DNA of 64,000 nt from an uncultured Actinomycetota bacterium (GTDB lineage: Bacteria > Actinomycetota > Actinomycetes > JAHEKZ01), in the NCBI GenBank assembly GCA_963743915.1, contig CAVURN010000001.1:1-64000 (forward strand), read 5' to 3'. The notes beneath the pieces were generated by a model. It saw only the letters and a program-made list of their open reading frames with translations. It was not told where the DNA came from and ran no database searches. Shown here piece by piece: positions 29,157 through 38,301 of this stretch. Both the position numbers and the translations under genes were made by a program. The first letter of the stretch is position 1; every line of letters starts with the position of its first letter.

Positions 29157-31133
29157 ATGAACATCAAGCGCATCGTCCGCGGGCCGATCTTCTGGATCGT
29201 CATCGTCGTCATGCTCGCCCTGATCACCGTCGAGGTCGCCAACCAGGCCGGTGGGTACGAGCAGAAGGACACCTCAGAGGTCATCGCCGCCATCCAGGAC
29301 GGCGACGCCGCCAAGGTCACCTTGATCGACCGCGACCAGGAGGTCCGGGTCGACCTCCAGAACGGCGACAAGATCAAGGCCAGCTACATCGAGCCTCAGG
29401 GCCAGCTGCTCACCGACCTCGTCCAGGAGGTCCCGCCGCCGGACGGTCAGGTCTCGGAGGTGCCCACACAGGGCTGGTGGGTGACGCTGCTGTTCACCTT
29501 CGGACCGATCATCTTGATCCTTGGTCTCCTCTTCTTCTTCATGACGCAGATGCAGGGCGGGGGCTCCCGCGTCATGAACTTCGGAAAGTCCAAGGCAAAG
29601 ATCGTCAGCAAGGACATGCCCAAGACCACGTTCTCCGACGTGGCCGGCGCCGACGAGGCGGTCGAGGAGCTCCACGAGATCAAGGAGTTCCTGCAGGACC
29701 CGGGCAAGTTCCAGGCCGTCGGGGCCAAGATCCCCAAGGGCGTGCTGCTCTACGGACCCCCAGGCACGGGTAAGACCCTGCTCGCTCGCGCGGTCGCCGG
29801 CGAAGCCGCGGTCCCCTTCTACTCCATCTCCGGCTCCGACTTCGTCGAGATGTTCGTCGGTGTCGGCGCCTCTCGCGTCCGTGACCTGTTCGAGCAGGCG
29901 AAGGCCAACGCGCCCGCGATCGTCTTCGTCGACGAGATCGACGCTGTCGGACGTCACCGCGGCGCCGGGCTCGGCGGCGGGCACGACGAGCGTGAGCAGA
30001 CCCTGAACCAGCTGCTGGTCGAGATGGACGGATTCGACGTCCAGGGCGGTGTCATTCTCATCGCCGCCACCAACCGCCCCGACATCCTCGACCCCGCCCT
30101 GCTGCGGCCTGGCCGCTTCGACCGGCAGATCGCGGTCGAGCGTCCGGACCTGATCGGACGCGGTCAGATCCTGCAGGTGCACGCGCGGGGCAAGCCGCTC
30201 GCCGAGGGCGTGGACCTCACTGCGGTGGCCCGTCGCACACCCGGGTTCACCGGTGCCGACCTGGCGAACGTCCTGAACGAGGCGGCGCTGCTGACAGCCC
30301 GCGAGGGCAAGGGCCTGATCGACGACGACGCTCTGGATGAGGCGATCGACCGCGTGGTCGCCGGTCCCCAGAAGCGCACGCGGCTGATGAACGAGACCGA
30401 GAAGAAGATCACCGCCTACCACGAGGGCGGTCATGCGCTTGTCGCGGCGGCGCTGAACAACACCGACCCGGTGCACAAGGTGACGATCCTTCCGCGTGGT
30501 CGCGCGCTCGGCTACACCATGGTGCTGCCGACCGAGGACAAGTACTCCACGACGCGTAACGAGATGCTGGACAAGCTCGCCTACATGCTCGGCGGCCGTG
30601 CCGCTGAGGAGATGGTCTTCCACGACCCGACCACGGGTGCGTCCAACGACATCGAGAAGGCCACGCAGCTCGCCCGCGCGATGGTGATGCAGTACGGCAT
30701 GAGCGACAAGGTCGGCTCCGTCAGGCTCGGACAGGGCGAGGGCGAGGTCTTCCTCGGTCGCGACATGGGTCATCAGCGTGACTACTCAGAGCAGATGGCC
30801 GAGGTCATCGACGCGGAGGTCCGCGCCTTCCTCGAGGGGGCGCACCAGGAGGCGTACGAGATCCTGAGCGAGAACCGTGACGTGCTGGACCGGCTCGTCG
30901 TGGAGCTGCTCGACCGCGAGACCCTCGACCAGCATGAGGTTGCGGAGGTGTTCCGCGACATCCGGAAGCGCGAGCATCGACCGGTGTGGCTCTCGTCCAG
31001 CGAGCGGCCCGTCTCGGAGCGCGGACCGGTGCGCAGCCGCAAAGAGGTCGAGGGTGTGAACGGGTCGCCGAACGGGCACGGCGCAACCCCCCAGGACGAG
31101 TCGGTCAGCGGTACGTCCGAGGCGGCGGAGTGA
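29157..31133 (+). CDS. ftsH: ATP-dependent zinc metalloprotease FtsH
   Basis: Two TM segments, [27 protein letters not shown]. Confidence 0.98.
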   Translation: MNIKRIVRGPIFWIVIVVMLALITVEVANQAGGYEQKDTSEVIAAIQDGDAAKVTLIDRDQEVRVDLQNGDKIKASYIEPQGQLLTDLVQEVPPPDGQVSEVPTQGWWVTLLFTFGPIILILGLLFFFMTQMQGGGSRVMNFGKSKAKIVSKDMPKTTFSDVAGADEAVEELHEIKEFLQDPGKFQAVGAKIPKGVLLYGPPGTGKTLLARAVAGEAAVPFYSISGSDFVEMFVGVGASRVRDLFEQAKANAPAIVFVDEIDAVGRHRGAGLGGGHDEREQTLNQLLVEMDGFDVQGGVILIAATNRPDILDPALLRPGRFDRQIAVERPDLIGRGQILQVHARGKPLAEGVDLTAVARRTPGFTGADLANVLNEAALLTAREGKGLIDDDALDEAIDRVVAGPQKRTRLMNETEKKITAYHEGGHALVAAALNNTDPVHKVTILPRGRALGYTMVLPTEDKYSTTRNEMLDKLAYMLGGRAAEEMVFHDPTTGASNDIEKATQLARAMVMQYGMSDKVGSVRLGQGEGEVFLGRDMGHQRDYSEQMAEVIDAEVRAFLEGAHQEAYEILSENRDVLDRLVVELLDRETLDQHEVAEVFRDIRKREHRPVWLSSSERPVSERGPVRSRKEVEGVNGSPNGHGATPQDESVSGTSEAAE

Positions 31134-31747
31134 CCTCGGTGGTCGACCCCATCGCTCTGCCCGACGAACCCGTCACAGCCCCCTTCGACCATGACCGTGC
31201 GGCTGCGGCTGTGCGCGAGCTGCTGCTGGCGATCGGCGAGGACCCGGAGCGGGACGGCCTCCGGGACACCCCTTACCGCGTGGCCCGGATGTACGAGGAG
31301 ACGCTGTCCGGACTGCGGCAGCGGGCCCAGGACGTGCTGACGACGACCTTCGACATCGGCCACGACGAGATGGTGCTGGTCAAGGACATCGAGGTGTACT
31401 CGCTCTGCGAGCACCACCTCGTGCCGTTCCACGGCGTCGCCCATGTCGGGTACATCCCGAGCGAGGAGGGTCGCATCACCGGCTTGTCCAAGCTGGCGCG
31501 ACTCGTCGACGTGTATGCGCGACGGCCGCAGGTGCAGGAGCGCCTCACCACGCAGATCGCCGACGCGTTGCTGCAGATCCTCCACCCTCTCGGGGTGATC
31601 GTGGTCGTCGAGTGTGAGCACCTGTGCATGTCCATGCGCGGAGTCCGCAAGCCCGGTGCCAAGACCGTGACCTCGGCGGTTCGTGGGCAGCTGCGGGACA
31701 CCGCCACCCGAGCCGAGGCGATGAGCCTGATCCTCGACCCGCGCTGA
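31130..31747 (+). CDS. folE: GTP cyclohydrolase I
   Basis: [26 protein letters not shown]. Confidence 0.97.
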   Translation: MTSVVDPIALPDEPVTAPFDHDRAAAAVRELLLAIGEDPERDGLRDTPYRVARMYEETLSGLRQRAQDVLTTTFDIGHDEMVLVKDIEVYSLCEHHLVPFHGVAHVGYIPSEEGRITGLSKLARLVDVYARRPQVQERLTTQIADALLQILHPLGVIVVVECEHLCMSMRGVRKPGAKTVTSAVRGQLRDTATRAEAMSLILDPR

Positions 31748-31785
31748 CACCGATGCGCGCGCGACACGTCCTCTAGGCTCGAACG

Positions 31786-32655
31786 ATGGTGACGCCTCGA
31801 CGCCCCGCCGGCCTTCCGGACGGCCTCGCGGCGCTCGACCGCACTGCGGTGATGACGGTGCTCAACGTCACTCCCGACTCGTTCTCCGACGGTGGGCGGT
31901 TCCTCGACGCCGGCCGCGCCGTCCAGCGTGCGCTGCAGCAGGTCTCACTCGGTGCGGACCTCGTGGATGTCGGCGGTGAGTCCACCCGTCCGGGAGCCGA
32001 ACGCGTGGCCGTGGACGTCGAGCTTCAGCGTGTCGTTCCGGTGGTGAAGGCCCTGGCGTCAGAAGGCGTGGTCGTGAGCATCGACACGATGCGGGCCGAG
32101 GTGGCGGGCGCGGCGCTCGATGCGGGGGCGGCCATCGTGAACGACGTGTCGGGGGGCTTGGCGGACCCCGCGATGCTTCCCCTCGTGGCGGCGGCTGGGG
32201 TGCCCGTCGTTCTCATGCACTGGCGAGGACACAGCCGAGACATGGACCAGCAGGCTGTCTACCCGCGCGGCGTGGTCGTCGAGGTCGCGGACGAGCTGGC
32301 CACGCGGGCGAAGGCGGCGCTCACGGCCGGCGTGGAGGCCGACCGGATCGTGCTCGACCCTGGTCTGGGCTTCGCCAAGGATGCGGACCACAACTGGCAG
32401 CTGCTGCGCGACCTGCCGGTGTTGGCCGCGCTCGGCCACCCCCTCCTGGTCGGGGCGTCGCGCAAGCGCTTTCTCGGACTGCTGCTGTCCGACGGTGTCA
32501 CGCCGCGGCCGGTGGAGGAGCGTGACGACGCGACGCTGGCACTGTCAGCGCTGGCGGCCGCTGCGGGAGCCTGGTGCGTCCGGGTGCACGATGCGCGCGG
32601 CAACGTCGATGCGGTACGCGTGGCCGCGGCGTGGGCCAGGGGGGCGCATGAGTGA
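31786..32655 (+). CDS. folP: Dihydropteroate synthase
   Basis: NVTPDSFSDGG, GGESTRPG, SRKRF. Confidence 0.97.
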   Translation: MVTPRRPAGLPDGLAALDRTAVMTVLNVTPDSFSDGGRFLDAGRAVQRALQQVSLGADLVDVGGESTRPGAERVAVDVELQRVVPVVKALASEGVVVSIDTMRAEVAGAALDAGAAIVNDVSGGLADPAMLPLVAAAGVPVVLMHWRGHSRDMDQQAVYPRGVVVEVADELATRAKAALTAGVEADRIVLDPGLGFAKDADHNWQLLRDLPVLAALGHPLLVGASRKRFLGLLLSDGVTPRPVEERDDATLALSALAAAAGAWCVRVHDARGNVDAVRVAAAWARGAHE

Positions 32656-33073
32656 CACCGTGATCGACGCAGTCAGATCTGCCAACGAGGAGCTCTACGC
32701 GGCCTTCGAGGCCGGTGACCTCGACCGCATGCAGGCGTTGTGGGTCGACGACCTGTGGGGCGCCATGGCCAAGTGCGTGCATCCGGGTGGAGTCTTCATC
32801 TCCGGGATCGAGCCGGTGATCCGCTCTTGGGCCCTGGTCATGGCCAACACCGAGAACGTGCAGTTCATCGTCACCGACGTCGAGGTGAACGTGAAGGACG
32901 ACTCTGCCGTGGTGACGTGCACCGAGATCATCCTGCGCCCCGGGGAGGGCGACGAGCCATTTGTCTCCAGCCACGCGATGGCCACCAACGGATTCGTCGA
33001 GATCGACGGCCGGTGGCGAATGTGGTTGCACCACGCCTCGCCGGTTCTCGGGCCGCTGGGAGGTCCGACATGA
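32648..33073 (+). CDS. NTF2/SnoaL-like protein
   Basis: ANxxLYAAFE...CVHPG...WRMWLHHAS pattern; lies between folP and folB. Confidence 0.85.
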   Translation: MSDTVIDAVRSANEELYAAFEAGDLDRMQALWVDDLWGAMAKCVHPGGVFISGIEPVIRSWALVMANTENVQFIVTDVEVNVKDDSAVVTCTEIILRPGEGDEPFVSSHAMATNGFVEIDGRWRMWLHHASPVLGPLGGPT

Positions 33074-33435
33074 CCGCGTCCGACCGCATCACGCTGCGGG
33101 GCATCAGGGCCTACGGGTACCACGGAGTGCTTGCCGAGGAACGTCAGAGCGGACAGATGTTCGGGGTCGACGTCGAGCTCCTGACCGACGTCCGTGAGGC
33201 AGCAGCGTCTGACGATCTCGAGGCCACGGTCGACTACGCGGCCGTTGCGCGAGAGGTGGTACGCGTGGTCGAGGGCGATCCCTGCAACCTCATCGAGACA
33301 GTGGCGGTGCGGATCGCGGATGCGCTCCTCGTCGTCGGGCGAGTGACCGGGGTCCGCGTGACCGTGCACAAGCCGCAGGCGCCGGTCGGGGTCCCCTTCG
33401 ACGACGTGAGCGTCACCGTGGTGCGTCGACGGTGA
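33070..33435 (+). CDS. folB: Dihydroneopterin aldolase
   Basis: GYHGV..EE, TVDY, NLIE, VHKPQAP. Confidence 0.95.
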   Translation: MTASDRITLRGIRAYGYHGVLAEERQSGQMFGVDVELLTDVREAAASDDLEATVDYAAVAREVVRVVEGDPCNLIETVAVRIADALLVVGRVTGVRVTVHKPQAPVGVPFDDVSVTVVRRR

Positions 33436-33947
33436 CGGACGGCGGCTCCTCGCTCGTGCGCGCGGCACTCGGACTGGGCTCGAACCTCGGTGATCGTCGC
33501 AGACTGCTGTCGGCCGCGGTCGATTCGCTTCGGCGTGCGCCAGGAGTCGAGGTCGTCGCCGTGTCTTCGCTCGTCGAGTCCGACCCCGTGGGTGGCCCGG
33601 ACCAGCCGGACTTCCTCAACGCTGTCGTCGTGGTGGAGACCAGCCTTGCGCCGCTCGAGCTGCTGGCCCTCGCCCAGCGGTGTGAGCAGGACGCCGCGCG
33701 TGTTCGGGACGAACGCTGGGGGCCGCGCACCTTGGATGTCGACGTACTGGCCTACGACGCGGTCGTGAGCGAGGATCCGGTACTGACGCTCCCGCACCCG
33801 CGGGCCGTCCAGCGAGGTTTCGTGCTGGTGCCGTGGTCCGAGGTCGACCCGACCTTCGAGCTCGCCGGGCGGACCGTGGGGGAGTGGGCGGCTGAGGTGG
33901 GTACGGCCGGCGTCCGGCCGTCCGGGCTCTCGTGGGAGGTGCGGTGA
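33432..33947 (+). CDS. folK: 2-amino-4-hydroxy-6-hydroxymethyldihydropteridine diphosphokinase
   Basis: LGSNLG, FLNAV, RWGPRTLDVD, LPHPR. Confidence 0.96.
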   Translation: MTDGGSSLVRAALGLGSNLGDRRRLLSAAVDSLRRAPGVEVVAVSSLVESDPVGGPDQPDFLNAVVVVETSLAPLELLALAQRCEQDAARVRDERWGPRTLDVDVLAYDAVVSEDPVLTLPHPRAVQRGFVLVPWSEVDPTFELAGRTVGEWAAEVGTAGVRPSGLSWEVR

Positions 33948-34420
33948 CTCCGACCTCTCTGCGGCTGCTGCTCGTCACCGCCGTCGTCGGCGCGGTGGTC
34001 GGGCTGCTCGGGGCACGGTTCTGGGACCTGCTCACCGGAGCTCCGCCGACCGTTCCCTGGGCGGCACCGGCGGTGCTGGGGCTGATGGCGGCCGGGTTCG
34101 CGATCGCGGCATGGACACTGCGACCGCGGATCGAGCGCCGCGAGGGTCATCGCCCGCTGGACCCCTTTGTGGCCGCACGGACCGCCGTCCTGGCCCTTGC
34201 CGGCTCGCGCGCCGGGGCGGCCGTCACGGGTGTCTATCTGGGATACGCGGCTTTCGTGGTGACCGACCTGAACACCGCCTTCCGCCGTCAGATGCTGCTG
34301 ATCTCGCTCGTCGCCTCCGCCTCCGGGGCCGCCATGGCCGCTGCGGCCCTCTGGTTGGAGCGCATCTGCCGGATCAAGGGGGGCGACGACGACGAGACGG
34401 GTGGGGCCAGCCCGGCCTAG
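33944..34420 (+). CDS. DUF3180 family membrane protein
   Basis: Four TM segments, C-terminal LWLERICR, position after folK. Confidence 0.85.
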   Translation: MTPTSLRLLLVTAVVGAVVGLLGARFWDLLTGAPPTVPWAAPAVLGLMAAGFAIAAWTLRPRIERREGHRPLDPFVAARTAVLALAGSRAGAAVTGVYLGYAAFVVTDLNTAFRRQMLLISLVASASGAAMAAAALWLERICRIKGGDDDETGGASPA

Positions 34421-34467
34421 CTGGACAATCGCCGACCCGCCTCACCCGATCGGCGTACGCTGGGTCC

Positions 34468-35070
34468 ATGTCTCGTGGACGCCATGCCCTTCCCGAACCC
34501 CCGCGGTCCGATGCGCCACTGCTGCTCCTCGCGCTGATCATCGCTGTGGCCACGGTTGCCGCGGTGTGGGCGATCGACACCGAGTGGGCGGTCCAGGTCG
34601 GCGTGACCGGTGTGGCGCTGCTGGGATTGATGGCCGTGTGGTCGGTCTCCCGCGCCGCGCACGAACAGGCGGAGCGGTTCGCGGCCGAGGCCAACGAGCG
34701 GCGCCGTGAACAGCAGCTGGCGCTGCAGCTCTTGGCGGAGGCGCACTCCGAGCTTGCTGACCTCCGTGCCCGGCAGGTCGAGATGCTGCTCGAGCTGCAG
34801 ACCCTGCGTGACGCCAGCACCGAGCGGACCCTGATGCACGAGCTCCTGCTTCCCCGCGCGCCGGCTCCCGAGCCGGTGTACCCCTCGTTGCAGCTGCCGC
34901 TCGTGCGCGCCGCCTTCGCCGCCGAGCTCACGCCCGAACCCGTGGACAGTCTCCAGCAGACCACCGCCCCGCTGCCCAGTGAGGAGACCAGCGGGGATGA
35001 GCCGCGCCCCCCGCGTCAGCTGCTGGACCTCACAGCCAGCGAGATCGCGCGCCTGCGTCCGGCCAACTGA
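34468..35070 (+). CDS. Hypothetical membrane-anchored coiled-coil protein, leaderless
   Basis: Two TM segments followed by a coiled-coil-like region; TACGCT-N6-ATG. Confidence 0.7.
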   Translation: MSRGRHALPEPPRSDAPLLLLALIIAVATVAAVWAIDTEWAVQVGVTGVALLGLMAVWSVSRAAHEQAERFAAEANERRREQQLALQLLAEAHSELADLRARQVEMLLELQTLRDASTERTLMHELLLPRAPAPEPVYPSLQLPLVRAAFAAELTPEPVDSLQQTTAPLPSEETSGDEPRPPRQLLDLTASEIARLRPAN

Positions 35071-35153
35071 GGGTCGACCCGAGGTCTGCCGAGCGTCCCG
35101 TTGCGTGACGCGGCTCGGCGCCCGCTGAGCGTTCCCATGGCAGGATCGCCACC

Positions 35154-36299
35154 GTGACCGAGGAGCGGGTGGTGAGCACGGGTGGTGGAGTCGTGGCCAC
35201 CGACATGGTGCTCAACATCGGCCCGCAGCACCCGGCGACACATGGTGTCCTTCGTCTGCGCCTCGTGCTGGACGGTGAGCGGATCGTCACCGCCGAGCCC
35301 GTCATCGGCTACATGCACCGCGGGGCCGAGAAGCTCTTCGAGGTGCGTGACTACCGACAGATCGTCGTGCTCGCCAACCGGCACGACTGGCTTTCGGCCT
35401 TCTCCAATGAGCTCGGCGTGGTGCTTGCCGTCGAGCGCATGCTCGGCATGGAGGTGCCCGTCCGCGCGGTGTGGGCCAGGACCTTGCTCGCCGAGCTCAA
35501 CCGGGCGCTCAACCACCTGATGTTCCTCGGCTCCTACCCGCTCGAGGTCGGTGCCATCACTCCGGTGTTCTACGCGTTCCGCGAGCGCGAGGCGATCCAG
35601 GAGGTCATGGAGGAGATCTCCGGCGGGCGGATGCACTTCATGTTCAACCGCGTCGGAGGGCTCAAGGAGGACCTGCCCAACGGATGGTTGGGGAGGGTGC
35701 GGACTGCGGTGTCCGGTGTGCGGGAGCGTCTGCCGCAGCTGGAGAACCTGGTCTTCGGCAACGAGATCTTCGCGGCCCGCACGCAGGGTGTCGGCGTCCT
35801 CTCCCAGGACCAGGTGCTGCAGTTCGGGCTGTCCGGGCCGATCGCCCGAGCGTCCGGAGTCGACATGGACCTGCGACGGGACGAGCCCTACCTGGCCTAC
35901 GGCGAGCTCCAGCACGTGCTGCGGGTCCCGACCCGCAGCGAGGGCGACTGCTACGCGCGGTTCGAGGTGCTGAGGGAGCAGCTCCATGTGTCGCTGGACC
36001 TTGTGGACGCCTGCGTCGAGACGCTGGAGCGGCTGCCGAGAGGACCGATCAACCAACGTCTCCCGAAGGTGCTCAAGGCCCCGGAGGGGTACACCTACGC
36101 ATGGACCGAGAATCCCCTCGGCCTCAACGGGTACTTCCTGGTCTCGCACGGCGAGAAGACCCCGCATCGCCTGAAGCTGCGCTCGGCGTCCTTCAACAAC
36201 GTCCAGGTGCTGTCGGAGATGCTGCCGGGCCAGCTGGTCGCCGACATGGTGGCCATCCTCGGGTCGATGTTCTTCGTGGTCGGTGACGTCGACAAGTAG
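35154..36299 (+). CDS. nuoD: Stand-alone NADH-quinone oxidoreductase subunit D-like protein (NuoD2)
   Basis: [25 protein letters not shown]-terminal GDVDK. Confidence 0.92.
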   Translation: MTEERVVSTGGGVVATDMVLNIGPQHPATHGVLRLRLVLDGERIVTAEPVIGYMHRGAEKLFEVRDYRQIVVLANRHDWLSAFSNELGVVLAVERMLGMEVPVRAVWARTLLAELNRALNHLMFLGSYPLEVGAITPVFYAFREREAIQEVMEEISGGRMHFMFNRVGGLKEDLPNGWLGRVRTAVSGVRERLPQLENLVFGNEIFAARTQGVGVLSQDQVLQFGLSGPIARASGVDMDLRRDEPYLAYGELQHVLRVPTRSEGDCYARFEVLREQLHVSLDLVDACVETLERLPRGPINQRLPKVLKAPEGYTYAWTENPLGLNGYFLVSHGEKTPHRLKLRSASFNNVQVLSEMLPGQLVADMVAILGSMFFVVGDVDK

Positions 36300-36347
36300 C
36301 GCCAGCGTCACGCGAGGTGTCACTCGGCGGACGGTAGATTTCCGGGC

Positions 36348-36836
36348 ATGAGCAGCGATCCGTTCGTGGCGGAGTCCGGATGGACGCCGGTGAGTCCGCG
36401 TCTGGCCACCGGTCGCCGTCTCGTCGCTGTCGGCGCCACCGTGGTGCTCACGGCACTCGTGGTCACCGCTCTCGTCGTTGCCGACCTCCGCGAGTACGCC
36501 TTCCTGGCGCTGCTGCTCGGGATGGTGGTGCTCGGCTGGCTGTGGTGGCTGATCGGCCGTCAGGTTGCTGCCATCGGCTACGCCGACCGGGCGGACGACC
36601 TGCTCGTCGTCAGCGGCATCATCTTCCGCCGTCTGGTCGTCGTGCCCTACGGGCGCATGCAGCTGGTGGACGTCCGTCGCGGACCGATCGAGCGCTACCT
36701 CGGTCTCGCGACCGTGCAGCTGCACACCGCCGCCGCGACGACCGACGCGACCGTGCCCGGACTCCCACCCGACGAGGCCGGACGCCTCCGCGACCGGTTG
36801 GCGGCGTTGGGCGAGCAACGGAGTGCCGGACTGTGA
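36348..36836 (+). CDS. bPH_2 domain membrane protein (YdbS-like)
   Basis: VPYGRMQLVDV..GP...LGLATVQLHTA. Confidence 0.88.
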   Translation: MSSDPFVAESGWTPVSPRLATGRRLVAVGATVVLTALVVTALVVADLREYAFLALLLGMVVLGWLWWLIGRQVAAIGYADRADDLLVVSGIIFRRLVVVPYGRMQLVDVRRGPIERYLGLATVQLHTAAATTDATVPGLPPDEAGRLRDRLAALGEQRSAGL

Positions 36837-38167
36837 GCGAACCGCGTCGCACGCATCCTGTGACGCCCTTGGTCACCATGGTGCGGGCGGCTCCCGTCCT
36901 GATCATCGGTGTCTTCGTCTTCGGTGGGGGCGAAGCCACGGCACTGCTGGGTGGCCTCGGCACCGCCGGCCTCATCGCGGTCATCCTGCTCGGCGTCGGC
37001 GGCTACGCGTACGTCGCCTGGTCCCGCCTGTCCTTCTGGTTCGACGGCGACGGTGACCTCCGTATCCGCTCCGGGGTGCTCGTCACCAACGAGCGTCGCG
37101 TCCAGCTGACCCGCCTGCAGTCGGTCGACGTCACTCAGCCGCTGCTCGCGCGCCTCTTCGGTCTGGCGGAGGTCCGGCCAGAGGTGGCGGGTGCCTCCAC
37201 CCAAGGCACCAAGCTGCAGTACCTGTCCCTCGAGGACGCCCAGCAGCTGCGTGCCGAGCTCATCGCCCGCGCGGCGGGACTGCGGCACGAGGAGGGCACG
37301 GCGGCCCCCACCGCACCCGAGCGGGTGCTGGTGCAGGTTCCCGCTCCCCACCTGCTGGCGTCGTTGGCGTTGCAGCCGGTGACGGTGCTCCTCGTGGCGC
37401 TGGTACCGGTGACGGTGGCTGTAGCCGGGGTCGCCGGCATCTGGGAGCTCGGCCTCGCCGGACTCTTCCTCGTGGCCACGCCGTTCACCGTCGTCGGTGG
37501 ACAGTTCCTGAACTACTTCGGTTTCACCGTCGCCGAGTCCCCCGACGGCCTGCGGCTGCGCTTCGGCCTCACGTCGCACCGCTCGCAGACGGTCCCCCCC
37601 GGACGCGTGCAGGCCGTGCGCATCGAGCGTCCCCTCATGTGGAAGCCGTGGGGCTGGGTACGGGTCGTGGTGAATGTCGCGGGAACCACGTCGGGCGACG
37701 AGGCTGATGACCGACCGTCGATGGTGCTGCCGGTGGCTCCGCTGCCCGTGGCGCGGGCGGTGCTGCAGCGGGTGCTCCCCGGCATCGACCCCTTCGCCGT
37801 ACCACTCGATCCGGTCCCGACTCAGGCGCGGTGGCGTGCTCCGCTGCAGCACGGCAGGCTCGGGGTCGGTGCGACGCAGGACGTGCTCGTCACCAGGCGC
37901 GGGTGGCTCGTTCCGTCCTGGGACGTCGTCCCGCACGCCCGCACCCAGAGCGTCCGGGTGACCCAGGGTCCGTGGCAGCGGTCGCTCGGCCTTGCCTCGA
38001 TGCACGTCGACTCGACGCCGGGACCGGTGCGGATCACTGCGCTTCACCGGGCCGCCGATGACGCCCGCTCGTTGGCTGCGGCCCAGGCCGACCGGGCTCG
38101 TGCTGCGCGCACCAGCGAGCCGGCGGCTCCGCGGCCGGCACCGGCAGCTCAGCCGGACGCGGGCTGA
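36833..38167 (+). CDS. Multi-bPH_2 domain membrane protein (YdbT-like)
   Basis: Three repeats of R-x-Q-S/A-V motifs; GTGA overlap with the upstream gene. Confidence 0.88.
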   Translation: MSEPRRTHPVTPLVTMVRAAPVLIIGVFVFGGGEATALLGGLGTAGLIAVILLGVGGYAYVAWSRLSFWFDGDGDLRIRSGVLVTNERRVQLTRLQSVDVTQPLLARLFGLAEVRPEVAGASTQGTKLQYLSLEDAQQLRAELIARAAGLRHEEGTAAPTAPERVLVQVPAPHLLASLALQPVTVLLVALVPVTVAVAGVAGIWELGLAGLFLVATPFTVVGGQFLNYFGFTVAESPDGLRLRFGLTSHRSQTVPPGRVQAVRIERPLMWKPWGWVRVVVNVAGTTSGDEADDRPSMVLPVAPLPVARAVLQRVLPGIDPFAVPLDPVPTQARWRAPLQHGRLGVGATQDVLVTRRGWLVPSWDVVPHARTQSVRVTQGPWQRSLGLASMHVDSTPGPVRITALHRAADDARSLAAAQADRARAARTSEPAAPRPAPAAQPDAG

Positions 38168-38301
38168 CTGAGCTGCCGGCGTCGAACGGCGTCACCGTCG
38201 ATGAACCTCGAGAGTGGAGACTTGTGCCGACGAGACCGGCACAAGCTTCCACTGATCTTGATCGGCTTTCATGGCTGAGTGAACTGCCGGCGTCGCACGG
38301 C
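38162..38301. repeat. 29-bp direct repeat (26/29) flanking a 41-bp palindrome
   Basis: 38162-38190 vs 38273-38301; hairpin AGTGGA-GA-CTTGTGCCG...CGGCACAAG-CT-TCCACT at 38213-38253. Confidence 0.7.
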
